Assembly: GCF_018350175.1 (NCBI RefSeq)
Contig: NC_058382.1
Coordinates: forward strand, 43,338,001 to 43,402,000
Source: Felis catus
Lineage: Eukaryota
Direction of reading: 5' to 3'
DNA length: 64,000 bases
Both the position numbers and the translations under genes were made by a program. Within the stretch, counting starts at the first letter, position 1; every line of letters starts with the position of its first letter. This document shows, one piece after another, positions 49,361 to 62,200 of this stretch. The notes beneath the pieces are model-generated. The model worked only from the letters and a program-made list of their open reading frames with translations, was not told the DNA's origin and made no database searches.

Positions 49361-52300
49361 CCCAAGCAGTCCCCGCACCATCACCATCAGCCCAGAGCCC
49401 GATGCAGGGCTCAAACCCACAAAGAGTGAGATTGTGACTTGAGCTGAAATCAAGAGTAGAACGCTTAACTGTCTGAGCCACCCAGGCGCTCCTAGAAGGA
49501 AAGCTTTTTAAGACCCAGCTGCAGGCAGAGGAGTTGGTCAGTCCACACCAGACCTTGCTAAGAGTCTGCTCAGAAGCAGTGGGTCAGCGGCACTTGGCTG
49601 GCTCAGTAGGAAGAGCATGTGACTTTTGATCTCGGGGTCATGAGTTTGAACCTAATATTGGGTATAGATATTACTTAAATAAATAAAACTTAAAAAAAAA
49701 AAAAGGCAGTGGGTCTGCTGGAACTAAGGGTGGGGCACTAAGGGTGGGCAGATCATGACCTAGGGGTGGGACCAATGGGTCACAGACAAGCAGAAACACA
49801 CTCTGTGTGTGGGAAGATGCCAGGTGGGCCTAAAGTCCATGAGGATCACAGTGTGGTGGGCATGGTGACTATCAAGGCCCTACCTACTGTGGCACAGCTA
49901 GCCCCAGAGAAGCCCCAGAGAAGCACTTACCGTTTAGCCCCATCATAATCTCCACCAATCCCAATGAACTTGGATCCAATGACTGCCTTGATGTAGTCAA
50001 AGTGATCTGGGGGATGAAGGGTCAGCAGTGTGGGGCTTCTAGGACAGGGGTGAGGTGGGGACTGGTCTCTACTGATTCCCCTTCTTGCAGCCTGTAGGCT
50101 ATGGAGGCCAATTCCTTCATGGCTTGGCACCCAGTGTGCCAACTTGAGGAGGTAGATTCCAGTTGGCTCTAGACTGGAATTCAGATTTGGAGTGGACCCC
50201 AGTTGGCCATTTCTCATTCAGGATTCACCTTGCCTCCAGTCTCCTTGAGAACCATGGGGGCCCCTTTCCATAGGTGTGGAGGATGAGAGATGGATAAAGA
50301 ATATAATTGATAAAGACCAAAGAGACTTAAGGGGCTGCCCAATCCCTTGGCCAGAGGCAGGGGCAGGGAGCTTTATGAGCCCCTAGAGAAGCACAGATGG
50401 TTAGCACCTGGGCTCTATGTCTGACTGCCTCCTTTCTACCCATCAGTATTGTAGTATCAATTCTGTATCTCCAGTTCCACATGGCACCAAGATGCTTTAT
50501 ACTGTCCATCATTGAGTTTTTGGGCACTGTGTCTACGGCCAACAATGAGTCAGACCACTGGGGCTGTTCTGAGGCCCTCCCCACAAGGCTTCGTGTCCAA
50601 ATCAGAGCTATTCAGAGAGCCCAGGTAGGGCTTACCTGCCACAGTGGACACATTGGCTAACAGGTTGCACGGCAGCACCCCCGGTGACAAAGACACCATC
50701 ACGATACCACCATTCTTCTTCTGCAGGGGTGGACAAATGGACACTCAGCTTGGCCCCCAGAGCAACCACCTGCCTCTAGGCTCCTGTGAGGAATGTGTTC
50801 AGCTCTGGTTTTGAAGTCAGAGGAGACTTCACCTTTCTACACTCTAGGATTATGTGAATGGAGGAGTCTCAGCTCTGGTTGGTGTGGAAATGTCTTGACC
50901 ATGGGGGGCTTATAGAGTAGAGGAGTATTTACCACTTAGAACCCCCCACACCTGGGTTCAAGAAGTCACGGGCTGTGGACTGTGGGTTTGTGAGGGCAGA
51001 AGATGTTCAGCCTAGGGTTTGAGGAAGTTGAGGGAACAGGGGTTCAGGTTCAAGGACTCCTGGTTTAAACCTTTTGTTTTAGGTTTGAGAGTCAGGGTAG
51101 TCTCTCACCAGAAGCTGCAGGATGTCATCAGGAATGTTCCTGGCATTCTTGCACACACCCCGGGCAGCTGAGTGGGAGAAGATCACAGGTGCCTGTGACA
51201 CTTCCAAGGCTCGCCGTGCCACAGTGTCAGAGACGTGGGACAAATCTACCATCATGCCCAAGCGGTTCATTTCAACCACCACTTTCTGCAGAGACAGGTT
51301 AGGGAAAGGGCATCAGGGGTGCACATGTGTGTGCATTTATCTGTAGGAACTGGTGGGGCATGCACATTCATGCGGGGCGGGGTATGGAATCAGGGTCCTC
51401 ACCTCACCAAAGCTGGTCAGCCCGCTGACACTGCTATAGAAGGGATGGATGTCCTTAGATGAGCTCTCTGCCCTGCAGGATGGCCAGGAGACAGTCTGAA
51501 TGGTGGCCATGACTTGGCCACAAGAGCCTACTGAACTCTCTATACCTTAACCCCCTGGAGCAACAGTAGGGACCCAAGTTGGGCTGGGCCTGGCAGGAGG
51601 GAGTCCCTACTGGGATCCAGTTTTGCTTTGCAAACCCCTGCTCCCCCCCCCCCCACTCCAGGGTCAGTGCCAGATCCCAGGGGTAAAGCTTGGTCTGAGC
51701 CCCAGTGTGATCTTGGGCAGATCGCTGCATCAGTGGGTGCATACCATCTGCACTGTGCTCACCAGGGTGTGTTGCAGGTGTGAGTGAGCGTCAGGTAGCG
51801 CACACCCAGCACATAGAACGTACGCAAGACGGAAAGGCTACTGTCCAGCGAGTGGCCACCCTCCACACCAATGAGGCAAGCCAACTTCCGGGTATTGTTC
51901 AGAGCTGGGGGCAGGTAGGTCAGATGATCACTTTCAGAGGCTGGGGTATCTCAATCAAGTCCCCAACACCCCCCACCAGTCTACCTACCTTTAACTGAGG
52001 TCACAAGCTCCAACTCAGAATAGGAGGCACACATGCGGCGAATGAGGTCAATCTGCTCCAGGGTGAGGCGCACAGCATCCCTTTCCTGGGTCTGGCATGG
52101 GACGTAGGCTGACCAGAACTGGGGGAAGGCCAGGGGTTGGAGCTCCCTGGACTTCTCATAGCCTCCACAGCCCACGCAGCAAATGGGGTCACATGTGATG
52201 CATTGCTTGTTTGGTGGTACTTGGATGCCCAGCAAACTGGTTCACTGCAACCCCTGTAGCCCCCAGCATCCATGTTGTAGAATTTTGGGGGACCCTATGA

Positions 52301-53065
52301 TAACTGAGTTTCCATGTGACTAACTCATGGTTTCTGGGGCCCCCACACTCCCTCTCAGCCATGCTATGTGTCCCTGTGATACCTGGGCACCCACGAGACC
52401 GTCTCTAAGCCTGTCCAGGCTGGTCTGGCCATGGCTGAAATTGCGCAGATTAACATCCTGTAGCCTGTTGCCATAAAACTGCCTCAGGACAAGGGGCATG
52501 TCATTGTGGCTGGAGGGAGAGCAAGGCAAGGTCAAGTCAGGGGGAAATGGGTGGGCTCCTTAGACCTTGGGATTAGGCAGGACATGGGGCCAGCAATGGG
52601 GGGGGGAGGATGTCCCCCACACCACACTGTCACAGACTATATAGTAGGACCCCTCGAGGCCTAGGCTGGGGAGTTCCCACCAGGGAGGGAGTGGCAGAGG
52701 AAGGGAAAACGCACCCACGGATGATGGGAGAGTGAATCCAGGGGGTGATGTGAAGGGGCTTCCTTAGGAGCCCTGCATGAGGACCTCTAGCCCTGCCACG
52801 GGGTCGGCTCAGTCTCCACCTGCCCCCACATCGCACTTACGCACCCGTCCACGAGAGGGAAGTCTCGCATCAGAGCCCGCGCGCGCTTCCGCAGGCTTGG
52901 GGTGCTGGAGGTGGCCGGCGTGGTCGGGGCGCTGGGGGTTCCCTGAGCGGTCTGGGCGCGCGTTAAGGGCGGCGGCAGCGGCGGCAGCAGCGACAGCAGG
53001 AGCAGCAGACGCAGCAGAGGTCGCCGGCAGGGCGGGGAGGTACCATCGAGGCGCAGGGGCCGCAT
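48467..53065 (-). CDS. DPEP2: Dipeptidase 2 (GPI-anchored Zn dipeptidase, family M19), 10 coding exons, 473 aa
   Basis: Exons 52845-53065, 52383-52509, 51989-52118, 51763-51904, 51403-51472, 51109-51285, 50636-50720, 49931-50006, 48818-48953 and 48467-48724 total 1422 nt. Full catalytic set present: GHND, GVEGG, LTLTH, DLSH, FSHS, NARNIP, GGDYDG. Hydrophobic C-terminal GPI signal. Confidence 0.95.
49245..49492 (-). mobile_element. Can-SINE with an expanded (GA)n tract, in DPEP2 intron 8
   Basis: Reverse head at ~49490, about 20 GA units at ~49316-49357, flanking agaag(a/g)aaagctttt repeats. Confidence 0.85.
49588..49705 (+). mobile_element. Short older Can-SINE (SINEC_b-like)
   Basis: ggcacttggctggctcagtaggaagagcatgtgact...aaataaataaact; flanked by gcagtgggtc repeats. 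Confidence 0.75.
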
Positions 53066-53300
53066 GTTGCACGAGCCGGACAGGTGGGCAGGGGCCGGTC
53101 TCGAGAGCCTGAGGGGGCGACAGGGGCAGAGGGCGACGATGGAGTCCCTACCGTCGACTCGGGTCACGCGGCGGTGCGGTCTCGCAAGGGGAGAACCGAG
53201 TCACAGGACCTCACACCCAGCCGCGGAAAGCCGCGACGCGGAGCAGCTTGGCCGCCAGGCGAAGGCACGCCCTCCCCTCCCTCCGCCCCCCTGCCCCAGC
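52790..53300. promoter_or_regulatory. CpG island over the first coding exon of DPEP2
   Basis: CpG-rich. Confidence 0.65.
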
Positions 53301-56300
53301 CTACAGGGCTTCACCAGAGGGGCGGGCTTTCTGTTCTTACCCCTCACCCCACTCCCAGCGCTCTGAGGGGCTGACCCAGGTTGCTCTGCCTCTAACCTTG
53401 TTCTCCAAGAGAGAAGGCGTGGGTTGCTCCTTTCAGAGTGTAGCCTTGGGCTCTGAGGCCTCTGTCATCAACATTATGTCCCCACCTGCCTGCATCCTGC
53501 ACCGGCCACCCTGAGGGCTGCACGCAAGTGTCTCTGGGCTCTCGGTTTCCTGGTGCTGAGCCATGTGGGGGTGGGGGTGGGGGTGGGGGTGGGAGGAGGA
53601 AGTCTCTGGAAATGACGGGTTAACCTTGTGGACTTTGCATTCAGGAAGAGGCCCTCTGCCCCTGACCTCTCTCTCCCCTACTTTACTCCCTTGCCTGCAT
53701 GTCTGTCCCCTGGGGACTCCAGCCAGAACTGGGAACTGTCAGGGGTGCCCCTACCCCTGTCTTCCCCAGTGTCTCAGGAAAGACCTCCCTCCTCAGGAAA
53801 TGCTATTTCTCCCTACGGTCTGAATGGAGGGACTTTTGGGACGTGAACTGAGCAGCCATCTGGGGGGTCAGGGACAGTTTACTGAACAGAGCAGGAACTC
53901 AGTAAGCTATTTGAGTGGAAGGAAATTAAGTCATTTTTAGGGCAGCATAGCACCCTATCCCCCATCCCAGCAACATTCCTCCCAGAGCTGCTGGCTGAGC
54001 TGTTGGCTAGGGTCCCTTCTACCTCAGTGTGGAAGCCCCATCTTCATTGAAGTCAGAGGTATGGGTCCTAAGGAAAGCCCTGGCATTTGGGTTCCTCTGA
54101 AGGCCCCACCTCCATTTTAGCCTCAGGCCTTCACCCTAGCTGCCTTCTCCAGGAACCACCTCCCTTCACACACCTCACAAATGGGGATAGCATCTTCTGG
54201 AAGCTCTGCCACTGAGAGGCTTCAGAGTTTCTGACCAAACTCCTTCATCCCCAGCCTCCCAAGGTTCTGCTGTGAACCTTGGCACCCCCTGGAGCTGCTT
54301 CACCTTTGGAACCTTTTCCAGGTGGCAGGAGTGACCAGCGCAGAGGTAGTGACCTAAGTCTGAGGACTAGAGACCTTAGAAACCATCCTAGAAAGGAAAT
54401 GAGCAAAACTTTTCCAGAGCTACCTAGGAGGGGACAGGTCCTAGCTTGGGTGTGTTTGAGTGTTTGGGCATGTGATGGTGTCCAGTGTCCAGGGAGTGGC
54501 ACTGTGCTGAAGGTGGGTCTACTCTCTGACTACTGCAGCTGCAGGGGTTTTTAGGCAGCCCCACTACCGGAATGTGAGTCCCCTAGGGTATGTCTGTGCC
54601 CTGGGTGGCTGGGGAACCCAAACTCAGACTGGTCTCTCTCCTCTCTTTCCCCCTGATGCTGGTCAGCAGCCCCACGTCCACCCACGCAGCCAGCAGAGTG
54701 GAGAAAGGGAGGAAAAACTCTTGGGTCCTCTGATCTCCAGGGCAAAAACGTTGGTTTGGGGGATGAACAACTTATCTGTTCCACTCTTGTTAGCATCTCC
54801 CCTCCCCCCCCCCCGCCCCCAGGAAGTGGGGAGTATAAACAATGGGGAAGAGGTAAAAAGTCTATTCAAATAAATAGCTGCTGACAGAGAAATGAGAAGG
54901 GAGAATTTAGTTTTTCGAGTTTTTTTTTTAAAGCTTTTCTCCAGGGGCCAGATGTCTTACACCCCAAGACTTGGAAGAAACTCTAGCCCAGTAGAGACAG
55001 TCTGTGCTGAACCATAGAAAGTGGGTACCATCTCTGTAGAAGATTAGTTATGCGGCACAATTTTTTCGTAACGTTTAACTTCAGTCCTTAAACAGGCTGG
55101 CACTGCTAGTCATGGCCTTGAAATGACCGTATAAAGTCAGGCACAGAAACACAGACATACCCAGACCCTTATACACTCAGGGACGTGTGCATATTCTTAC
55201 TCAAGTAGCAAGCAGATTTCAGCCATCTGGGTGGCCTGTTCTCTTTTTGACCTTGCCCAAGACCGTCTTTCTGCTCTGTCCTGTGGAGGAGGAAATAAGT
55301 ACACACTAGCGAAATAAGTACACACTGTCTGTGGACAGACCTGGACAATTTGGGGAAAGAGCATGCTGGCTATGGACAGAAGAAGAAACAGGGGAGGCAG
55401 GGAAGCCCAGGGCCTGGCTCCAGAGCTGACCTGAATGTCATCTGTGATGCTTTCCACCCTCTGCCCACTTCTCTCCTTAACAGCATCTCCATATCCTTCT
55501 GGTTCAACCTCCAAACATCTACCAGTTGTGTCTCTTCTTCATTCCCACTACCTCTTCCCCAGTACTGGTAACCTTTATCTCTCATCCTCTCCTGGTGTCC
55601 CCACCTCCAGTCCTTTCCCCAGTGTGCAGTCAGACATATCTCTCTTTGAAAAAAACTTGTTGTCCTTTTGCCTAAAGTTCTGCCATGGCTTCCCATTGCT
55701 CTTAGGATATAGGTTTCCCCACGAGCTGCAGTCAGAACTTTCCCATGAAACCTTTCATAAGTCAGAACGGTGTAAACTGAGGGTATCCCCTGCTTTCCGG
55801 AAGTTTGCATTATGCCACTTTGCTTTTACAAAAGATCTACTTTAGTACTTGTTTTTGCCAGTCAAAAGAAATCTGAAGAGGATTTTTGCTTTTAGGAAGA
55901 AAGCCATTACCATACCAACGTAGGTCTGGCTACCACATTCCATTATTTGGCTTTCAATTCCTGGCGAGTGTCCCACTGGCCTCTCCAGTCTCAGCAAATG
56001 GCACAAATCCTCTTTCCCCCCCTGCTTCCCTTGCTGCCTACTACCACAGGGCCTTGTTACGTGCTATCCCCTTAGCCTCCACCTGGTGGGGCTGTTGAAG
56101 CAGGGCCAGCACAGGAAATCTTGACACCAGGTAGGGGTATGTGAGCACCTTCTCTTTTAATTCTTCACCTGTGCAGTGTTTACCTAAATCAAGATCTGCA
56201 GAGGAGGCAGTGGTAGAAACAGGCTTCTGCTGGGACCAAGCTTAGTACGGTGGCAGAGCTGACCCACCCCCTCTGATCTCCAGTGTATTACAAGAATATG

Positions 56301-57135
56301 CGAGGAAGAAAAATGGTGACTGACTGGTAATCACACAGACCACTTCACATGCTCATAGTGCAGGGGGATGGGGTGGGGGGGTTTCCTCAGTATCCAGCAT
56401 TGCCCAGGTGATGTTCATCCTCATTCAGGGCTCCTTGCTCCTAGAGACTCATGCTGCCCCTGCTTCTTTCTGGGTGTTGCTCTGGTTCCATTGGCACGAT
56501 GACTGACATAGCCAAATTCTCAAGAAACAGCAGTCTTCCTGGCCAAAAGACAGCTTGGCCACCACGGACACACATCCTCTAATCACAAAGCTGAGGCTAC
56601 CTTTCCAGAAGTGACCAACAGCTAGCACATTTTCCTTCTTCAGAAGGCAGCCACCATCTACTCTGCTAGAAGTGCAGTAAGCCCTAATGCATCTGTGTTC
56701 CCTGCTTCCACCTGGCCTTCTCCCAAATCCCCAGCTTTGTCTTCCATGTCCTTGACAGCCTTTCTGCCCATCTCGGGTCTCTTGCAGCCAGGCTCTGCCT
56801 GACTTCAGGCAGTATGGAAGATCCAGTACACAAGGTCCCCAGAGCAAAGTCACAATGGTGTCTGACATGCTTTAAGTGTCTGACTGGGCTGCTTTCTGGG
56901 ACCAGATATTCTGGTGTTTTAAGTGTAAAGTCCACAGGGCCTGGGACTCTTGTCCTGCATGCTGTCCCATGTTCTTGAGGTAGTGCATCAGCTGGGGGGA
57001 GGCTAGAGGGGCATGAGGTACAGGAGATCTACTGAGGAAGATGCTACAGGGCATCCCTGGGATTCAGATGGCACCTTCTGGACTGTGATATGCAGTTACC
57101 TAGAGAGGGGGGCATATCATGGAGAACTCTAATCC

Positions 57136-57275
57136 NNNNNNNNNNNNNNNNNNNNNNNNNNNNNNNNNNNNNNNNNNNNNNNNNNNNNNNNNNNNNNNNN
57201 NNNNNNNNNNNNNNNNNNNNNNNNNNNNNNNNNNNNNNNNNNNNNNNNNNNNNNNNNNNNNNNNNNNNNNNNNNN
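57136..57275. other. Assembly gap (140 N)
   Basis: N run at the edge of a SINE. Confidence 1.
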
Positions 57276-57905
57276 AGAGGGAAAGAAAGAGAATCCCAAG
57301 CATGTTCCATGCTCAGTGCGGAGCCTGACAAAGGGCTCGATCCCACGACTCTGGGATCACAACCTGAGCCAAAATCAAGAGTCAGACACTCAATGGACTG
57401 AACCATCCAAGTACCTCTACCCTCTTTAAATTTTTTTTAATGTTTGTTTATTTTTTGAGGGGCGGGGGAGAGAGAGAGCATGCATGCAAGCGGGGAAGAG
57501 GCAGAGAGAGGGAGGCAGAGGCAGACTCCAGGCTCTGAGCTGTGAGCACAGAGCCCAATGCAGGGCTCGAACTCATGAGTCATGAGGTCATGACCTGAGC
57601 TGAAGTCGGCTGCTTCACTGACTGAGCCACACAGATGCCCCACCTCTACCCTCTTTAGAAACAGGAACATGGGGGCACCTGTGTGGCTCAGTCAGTTAAG
57701 CGTCTGACTCTTGGTTTCGGCTCAGGTCATGATCTCATGGTTTGTGGGATCGAGCCCCGCGTTGGGCTCTATGCTGACAGTGCAGAGCCTGCTTGGAATT
57801 CTCTCTCTCCTCTCTCTCTGCTCCTAACCCCATACTCTGTCTCTCTCTCTCTCTCTGTGTCTCTCTCTCAAAATAAATAAACATTAAAACCAAAAATAAA
57901 AACAG
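57276..57905. mobile_element. Cluster of three Can-SINEs (57276-57415 minus, ~57430-57650 minus, 57671-57905 plus)
   Basis: Two reverse heads and one forward head, with CT/GA tracts. Confidence 0.85.
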
Positions 57906-57957
57906 GAACATGGATGAGCCTCTCAGATTGCTCTGGTTCAGGTTTGCTGGAACTTCT

Positions 57958-57982
57958 CCCCCCCCCCCCCCCCCCCCCCCCC
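57958..57982. repeat. Poly(C) homopolymer (~25 nt)
   Basis: Direct read. Confidence 0.9.
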
Positions 57983-60779
57983 GCTTTGCCTTCATCTGCC
58001 TCCTCCTCACAGAAGTCTGCAGCGGCTGGCCTGGACGAAGCTGGGATGTGAACTCAGTGAGGCCATGACCACCATATTCTGGCCCCTAGTACCACACCTG
58101 CACACAACAAATGTTCAACCAACATTCGTGGAAGAGCTCAGGAGACTTCTGCCTTTCCTTCCTTCAGGGAGTGAGAGCATGTGATAACAGTAACAACGGG
58201 TCAGAGCAGTCAAAGTTACTGTGTGTCCAGAACTGTGCTACCAGTTTGATGTGTTTCAGTCCATTAAATCTTAACAATGGCCCACAAGGTAGGTTTTTAC
58301 CAGCCTCATTTTCTAGGTGAGAAAACTGAGGTTCAGCTGGATAAAGCTGGCAGGTGGAGCTGAGACCTGAAACCAAAATTCCCTTATTCCTAGATTTTCA
58401 AGCTTTGATCCCTCTAATTCTGTTCTTCATCTGTGACCACTCCAGGTATAAAGCAGTTGCCCCAGCTAATAGATGCCCTTTCTTAACCTCTGTATACCTC
58501 TGTCGGAAGACCTCCCTGAATCCAAATCCAGAACACTGGGCAGGGGGATTCATGAATTTGGGTCACCTCGTGAGGACAATGGGACTGAGTTTGTGGTGGA
58601 GGAATGTACTTAGCCTTTTGATTTCCAGGGCTCTCTGGGACCCCAGGCCAGAGTTACTCAGAGTTTTTATCTCTTTGGGCTCCTCCTCTGTGGGTGCTCC
58701 AGGCCCTGAAGAAAAGAGAACTTTGGAGAATGACTGCCAGCCATTTCATAAGGTCTGTCCTGTTTGCTTCTGCACATGGCACTCATCTCCTGTTCAGCAC
58801 TGCCAGGCTCGCCAAAGTTGGACTAGACTGGCTCTGTGTTCAGTGTGGCCTTACAGGACATAAGGAAGCTATCTGGGCAAGCCAGCAGTGGTAGAGAGAG
58901 TAGCCTACTAGCCCTAGGACATAACCCTCCTTGACCCTGGGGGAAGGGGAGGAAAGTTAGGGAGACCAGCAGCTGGACAGGCAGATGACCACATCACGCC
59001 CTTCTGGCCAAGTCAGATAGGGGTTCCACGGACTTCTTGACTTCCAGCTGCTGCCTCTCTCACCAGGAGGGGCTTTAAGCCCCTTACATCATCTGTTTGT
59101 CTAGACATTCACTGCTGATCAGCCCCTGGAGCTGGCCCCTTACTGGGATACGCAGTGAGGGGGCTGGACGAGTCTTCAGTTGTCTACCACATCTGCTGAC
59201 ATAAGCATCCAGAAGGGTGGGCTGTGTGGACACCAGGTGTCGGGAACCAGCTCTGATCAAACAAACATCTACCATCTGGCGTGTGTGATTTGTCGTTTAG
59301 CCTCAAGCTCAGACATGCTATCTCTTTGCTCAACCTAGCGTGCTTGTCTCTGAGGCCTGTCAGATCTGCAACAACATGCTACACGGCACACCCTGCCTCA
59401 GAGCCCTCCGTGCCTCCTGTTTTTATGCAGGAACTCTGCCTTCCTCTGCCTGGCTGCCGTGGCTCCCGCCAGCTAGTTTACCCTATGACGCTGACCACCC
59501 GAGTCCTCACTGATTCCAAATCTGGCTGAACATCTGGCTGTACCTGATGCTGCACCTTTTTAAACTTAGGGTTACTTTCAATTTAATTTATTTATTAGGG
59601 TAATTTCAAACATAAAGTAGAAGAGTGTATTGAACACTTATGTACCAACCATCCAGCTTCAACAATCATGGATGGCCCATTTTGTTTCATTTGTACCTTA
59701 CTCATCCCCTTCTACAGAATATTTTTAAGGCAAATCAAACATTTAGTCCTTCCATATTTAAGTTGCATCTCTAAAAGATAACAGCTTCTTTTAAAAGACA
59801 ACTACCATAACGTTATGGCACCTAAAAGAGTCAACAATACTTCCTCAATATCATCAATTATCTATTCTGTTCAAATTTCCCTGGTTGCCTAATTTTTAAA
59901 TAATTGTTTTCATTATAATGTAGATAAAGCCAACTGCATTGCATTTGTTGTTGTTCCTCCTCTTTCTTCCTTGCAATTTATTTGTTGAAAAAATCATGTC
60001 CTTTGTCATTTAGAGTTTTCTGTCTTGGAATTTGCTGATTGTATTCCATGGTGTTCTTTTACAGGTTCCTCGGTCACTTGTATTTGCTATGAAATCATGA
60101 TTATGAGAAAAATGTAAAACTGCAGATGTCCAGATCCCACCCTAAAAATGTATTCAGTAGGACTGATACAGGTGCTGGGGATCTCTGGTTTTCCTCGGAG
60201 CCCCAGGTGAATCTGTTTGCCTCATGTTTGGGAACTGCCAACCTACCTGACTCCTCTAGGATCGCAAATCTTCCTCAGTCACACCAAGTGTCAGCAATAT
60301 AAGGTTCTAATCTCCAGTGGGAGGGAGTGGGAGCTGCTGCAGGAAGAGGCATTAGCTGTCTTTTGTGGGTTAGTTGAGACTCAAAGTGGGAATGCCCCAG
60401 GCAGGGCCTGTGCCTCCTTCCTCTAACCCAGGTTAGGGAAACTCCTTAAGTTATCGGGACCTTTCCTGGCCTTGAGGGTGTCTAGGGAGGAGCAAGACCC
60501 TCGCTGTTATGGCCCTTGAGGGTGTGTGTGCCATCCACAGGGTGAGTGGCTTCATCTGGGCCTGAGGGCTACATGCTGCTGACAGTGCCCCCTTTTGATG
60601 TGGGATGCTGAGGCGGGTGGGCCTAGCACAGAGGCCCACACACACCCTGTGCTCTTTCTTCTCTGATCATCTTCTCTCACCCCCACTCCCCGGGACCAAT
60701 TGTCCCCGTAACTGCTGAGAGAGACATTTATCGGTAACAGCCAGCACCTCACTGCCATGGCACACAGTAGTTGGAATGA

Positions 60780-61310
60780 CCTTCTTAGCATCTATATCTG
60801 ATCATTTCACCACTCTGCTCAACTCCCACCTAGGATTTCCCCTCACACTTCAGATCCACATTCCTCAACATGGCTGACAAGGCCTGCTATGGTCTGGCCC
60901 ATGTCTACTTTTCCAACCATCTCTTTCTTCTCTTTCTTCTCTGCCCACACTGACCTTTCTATTGGTCCTAGAACAGGCCAGCCTCATTCCTACCTCAGGG
61001 TCTTTGCACTTGCCATTTCCTCCTCCAAAAATAGTTTCCTTCCAGCTCTTCACAGGATTCCCTCACATCTTCACTGTCACCTCCTCAAAGAAGCCTTCCC
61101 TGCTTACCTTGTGGAACCTAGCACCCCCTCATCACACTATACTCATATCCTATTTTACTTTTCTTTATAGCAGGAATAATTTAAACTATATAAATTTACT
61201 TGTCTCTTTAGTTTGTGGGTATTTTGAAGAGAGGGGTTTCAATCATCTTATTCACTGATATACTCCAAGCAACTAGCAGGTGCTCAATAAATATTTGTTG
61301 AATAAATTGG
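60780..61310 (+). mobile_element. LINE-2 3' fragment
   Basis: ...cctcagggtctttgcacttgcc... and terminal gtgctcaataaatatttgttgaat are L2-typical. Confidence 0.7.
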
Positions 61311-61362
61311 ATAGTGGATTGACACACAGAACATCTTCTCAGTCCTGCCTCCCATCTCCTTA

Positions 61363-61365
<3 letters not shown>

Positions 61366-61408
<43 letters not shown>
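61366..61408. repeat. (CA)n microsatellite (~21 units)
   Basis: Direct read. Confidence 0.95.
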
Positions 61409-61409
<1 letters not shown>

Positions 61410-61443
61410 CAGGGGGAAGTTCTCATCAAGCTCACCATTTTTT

Positions 61444-61659
61444 TTAAAAATTTTTAACGTTTTATTTATTTTTGAGACAGAGAGAGACAGAGCATGAACA
61501 GGGAAGGGGCAGAGAGAGAGGGAGACACAGAATCGGAAGCAGGCTCCAGGCTCTGAGCCATCAGCCCAGAGCCTGACGTGGGGCTCGAACTCACGGACCG
61601 CGAGATCGTGACCTGAGCCGAAGTCGGACGCTTAACCGACTGAGCCACCCAGGCGCCCC
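61444..61659 (-). mobile_element. Very young Can-SINE (SINEC_Fc-like) with TSD
   Basis: Essentially consensus with many CpGs; TSD aagctcaccatttttt at 61428-61443 and 61660-61675. An older SINE with a gap follows at ~61676-61985. Confidence 0.92.
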
Positions 61660-61739
61660 AAGCTCACCATTTTTTAAAGTTTATTTATTTACTTTGAGAG
61701 AGAGAGAGAGAGTGAGCAACAGAGAGTGAGAGTGAGAGC

Positions 61740-61868
61740 NNNNNNNNNNNNNNNNNNNNNNNNNNNNNNNNNNNNNNNNNNNNNNNNNNNNNNNNNNNNN
61801 NNNNNNNNNNNNNNNNNNNNNNNNNNNNNNNNNNNNNNNNNNNNNNNNNNNNNNNNNNNNNNNNNNNN
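61740..61868. other. Assembly gap (129 N) within a SINE
   Basis: N run. Confidence 1.
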
Positions 61869-62200
61869 CCTGATGTCAGCATGCAGCCCGACACAGGGCT
61901 CAGTCTTACGAACTGTGAAATGATGACCTCAGCTGAAATGAAGAATCAGACGTTTAACCAATTGAACCACCCAGCCACCCTTGGGCTCCTAAAGAACCTG
62001 CCTGTGTCCTGCCCCAATTTGCACGGCTGTCATTATGGTAGCCACACAGTTAGAAGCTGCACTCACGGGTCTTTTTTGGAGGCAGAAGGTGTTAGAGCAC
62101 CAGATACCCCATGTGGAAATGTACTTCAAGGGAAAAGGGAGATTTGGGGCCTGGCCTTGGACAAGCTGGATTTCAAGTCAAATATGTTAGAGAAAACCAT

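Noticed and set aside
60451-60791. Possible degenerate DPEP2NB paralogue upstream of the duplicated UTR block
   Set aside because: By eye only scattered 6-7 nt matches; this cannot be supported without a proper alignment.
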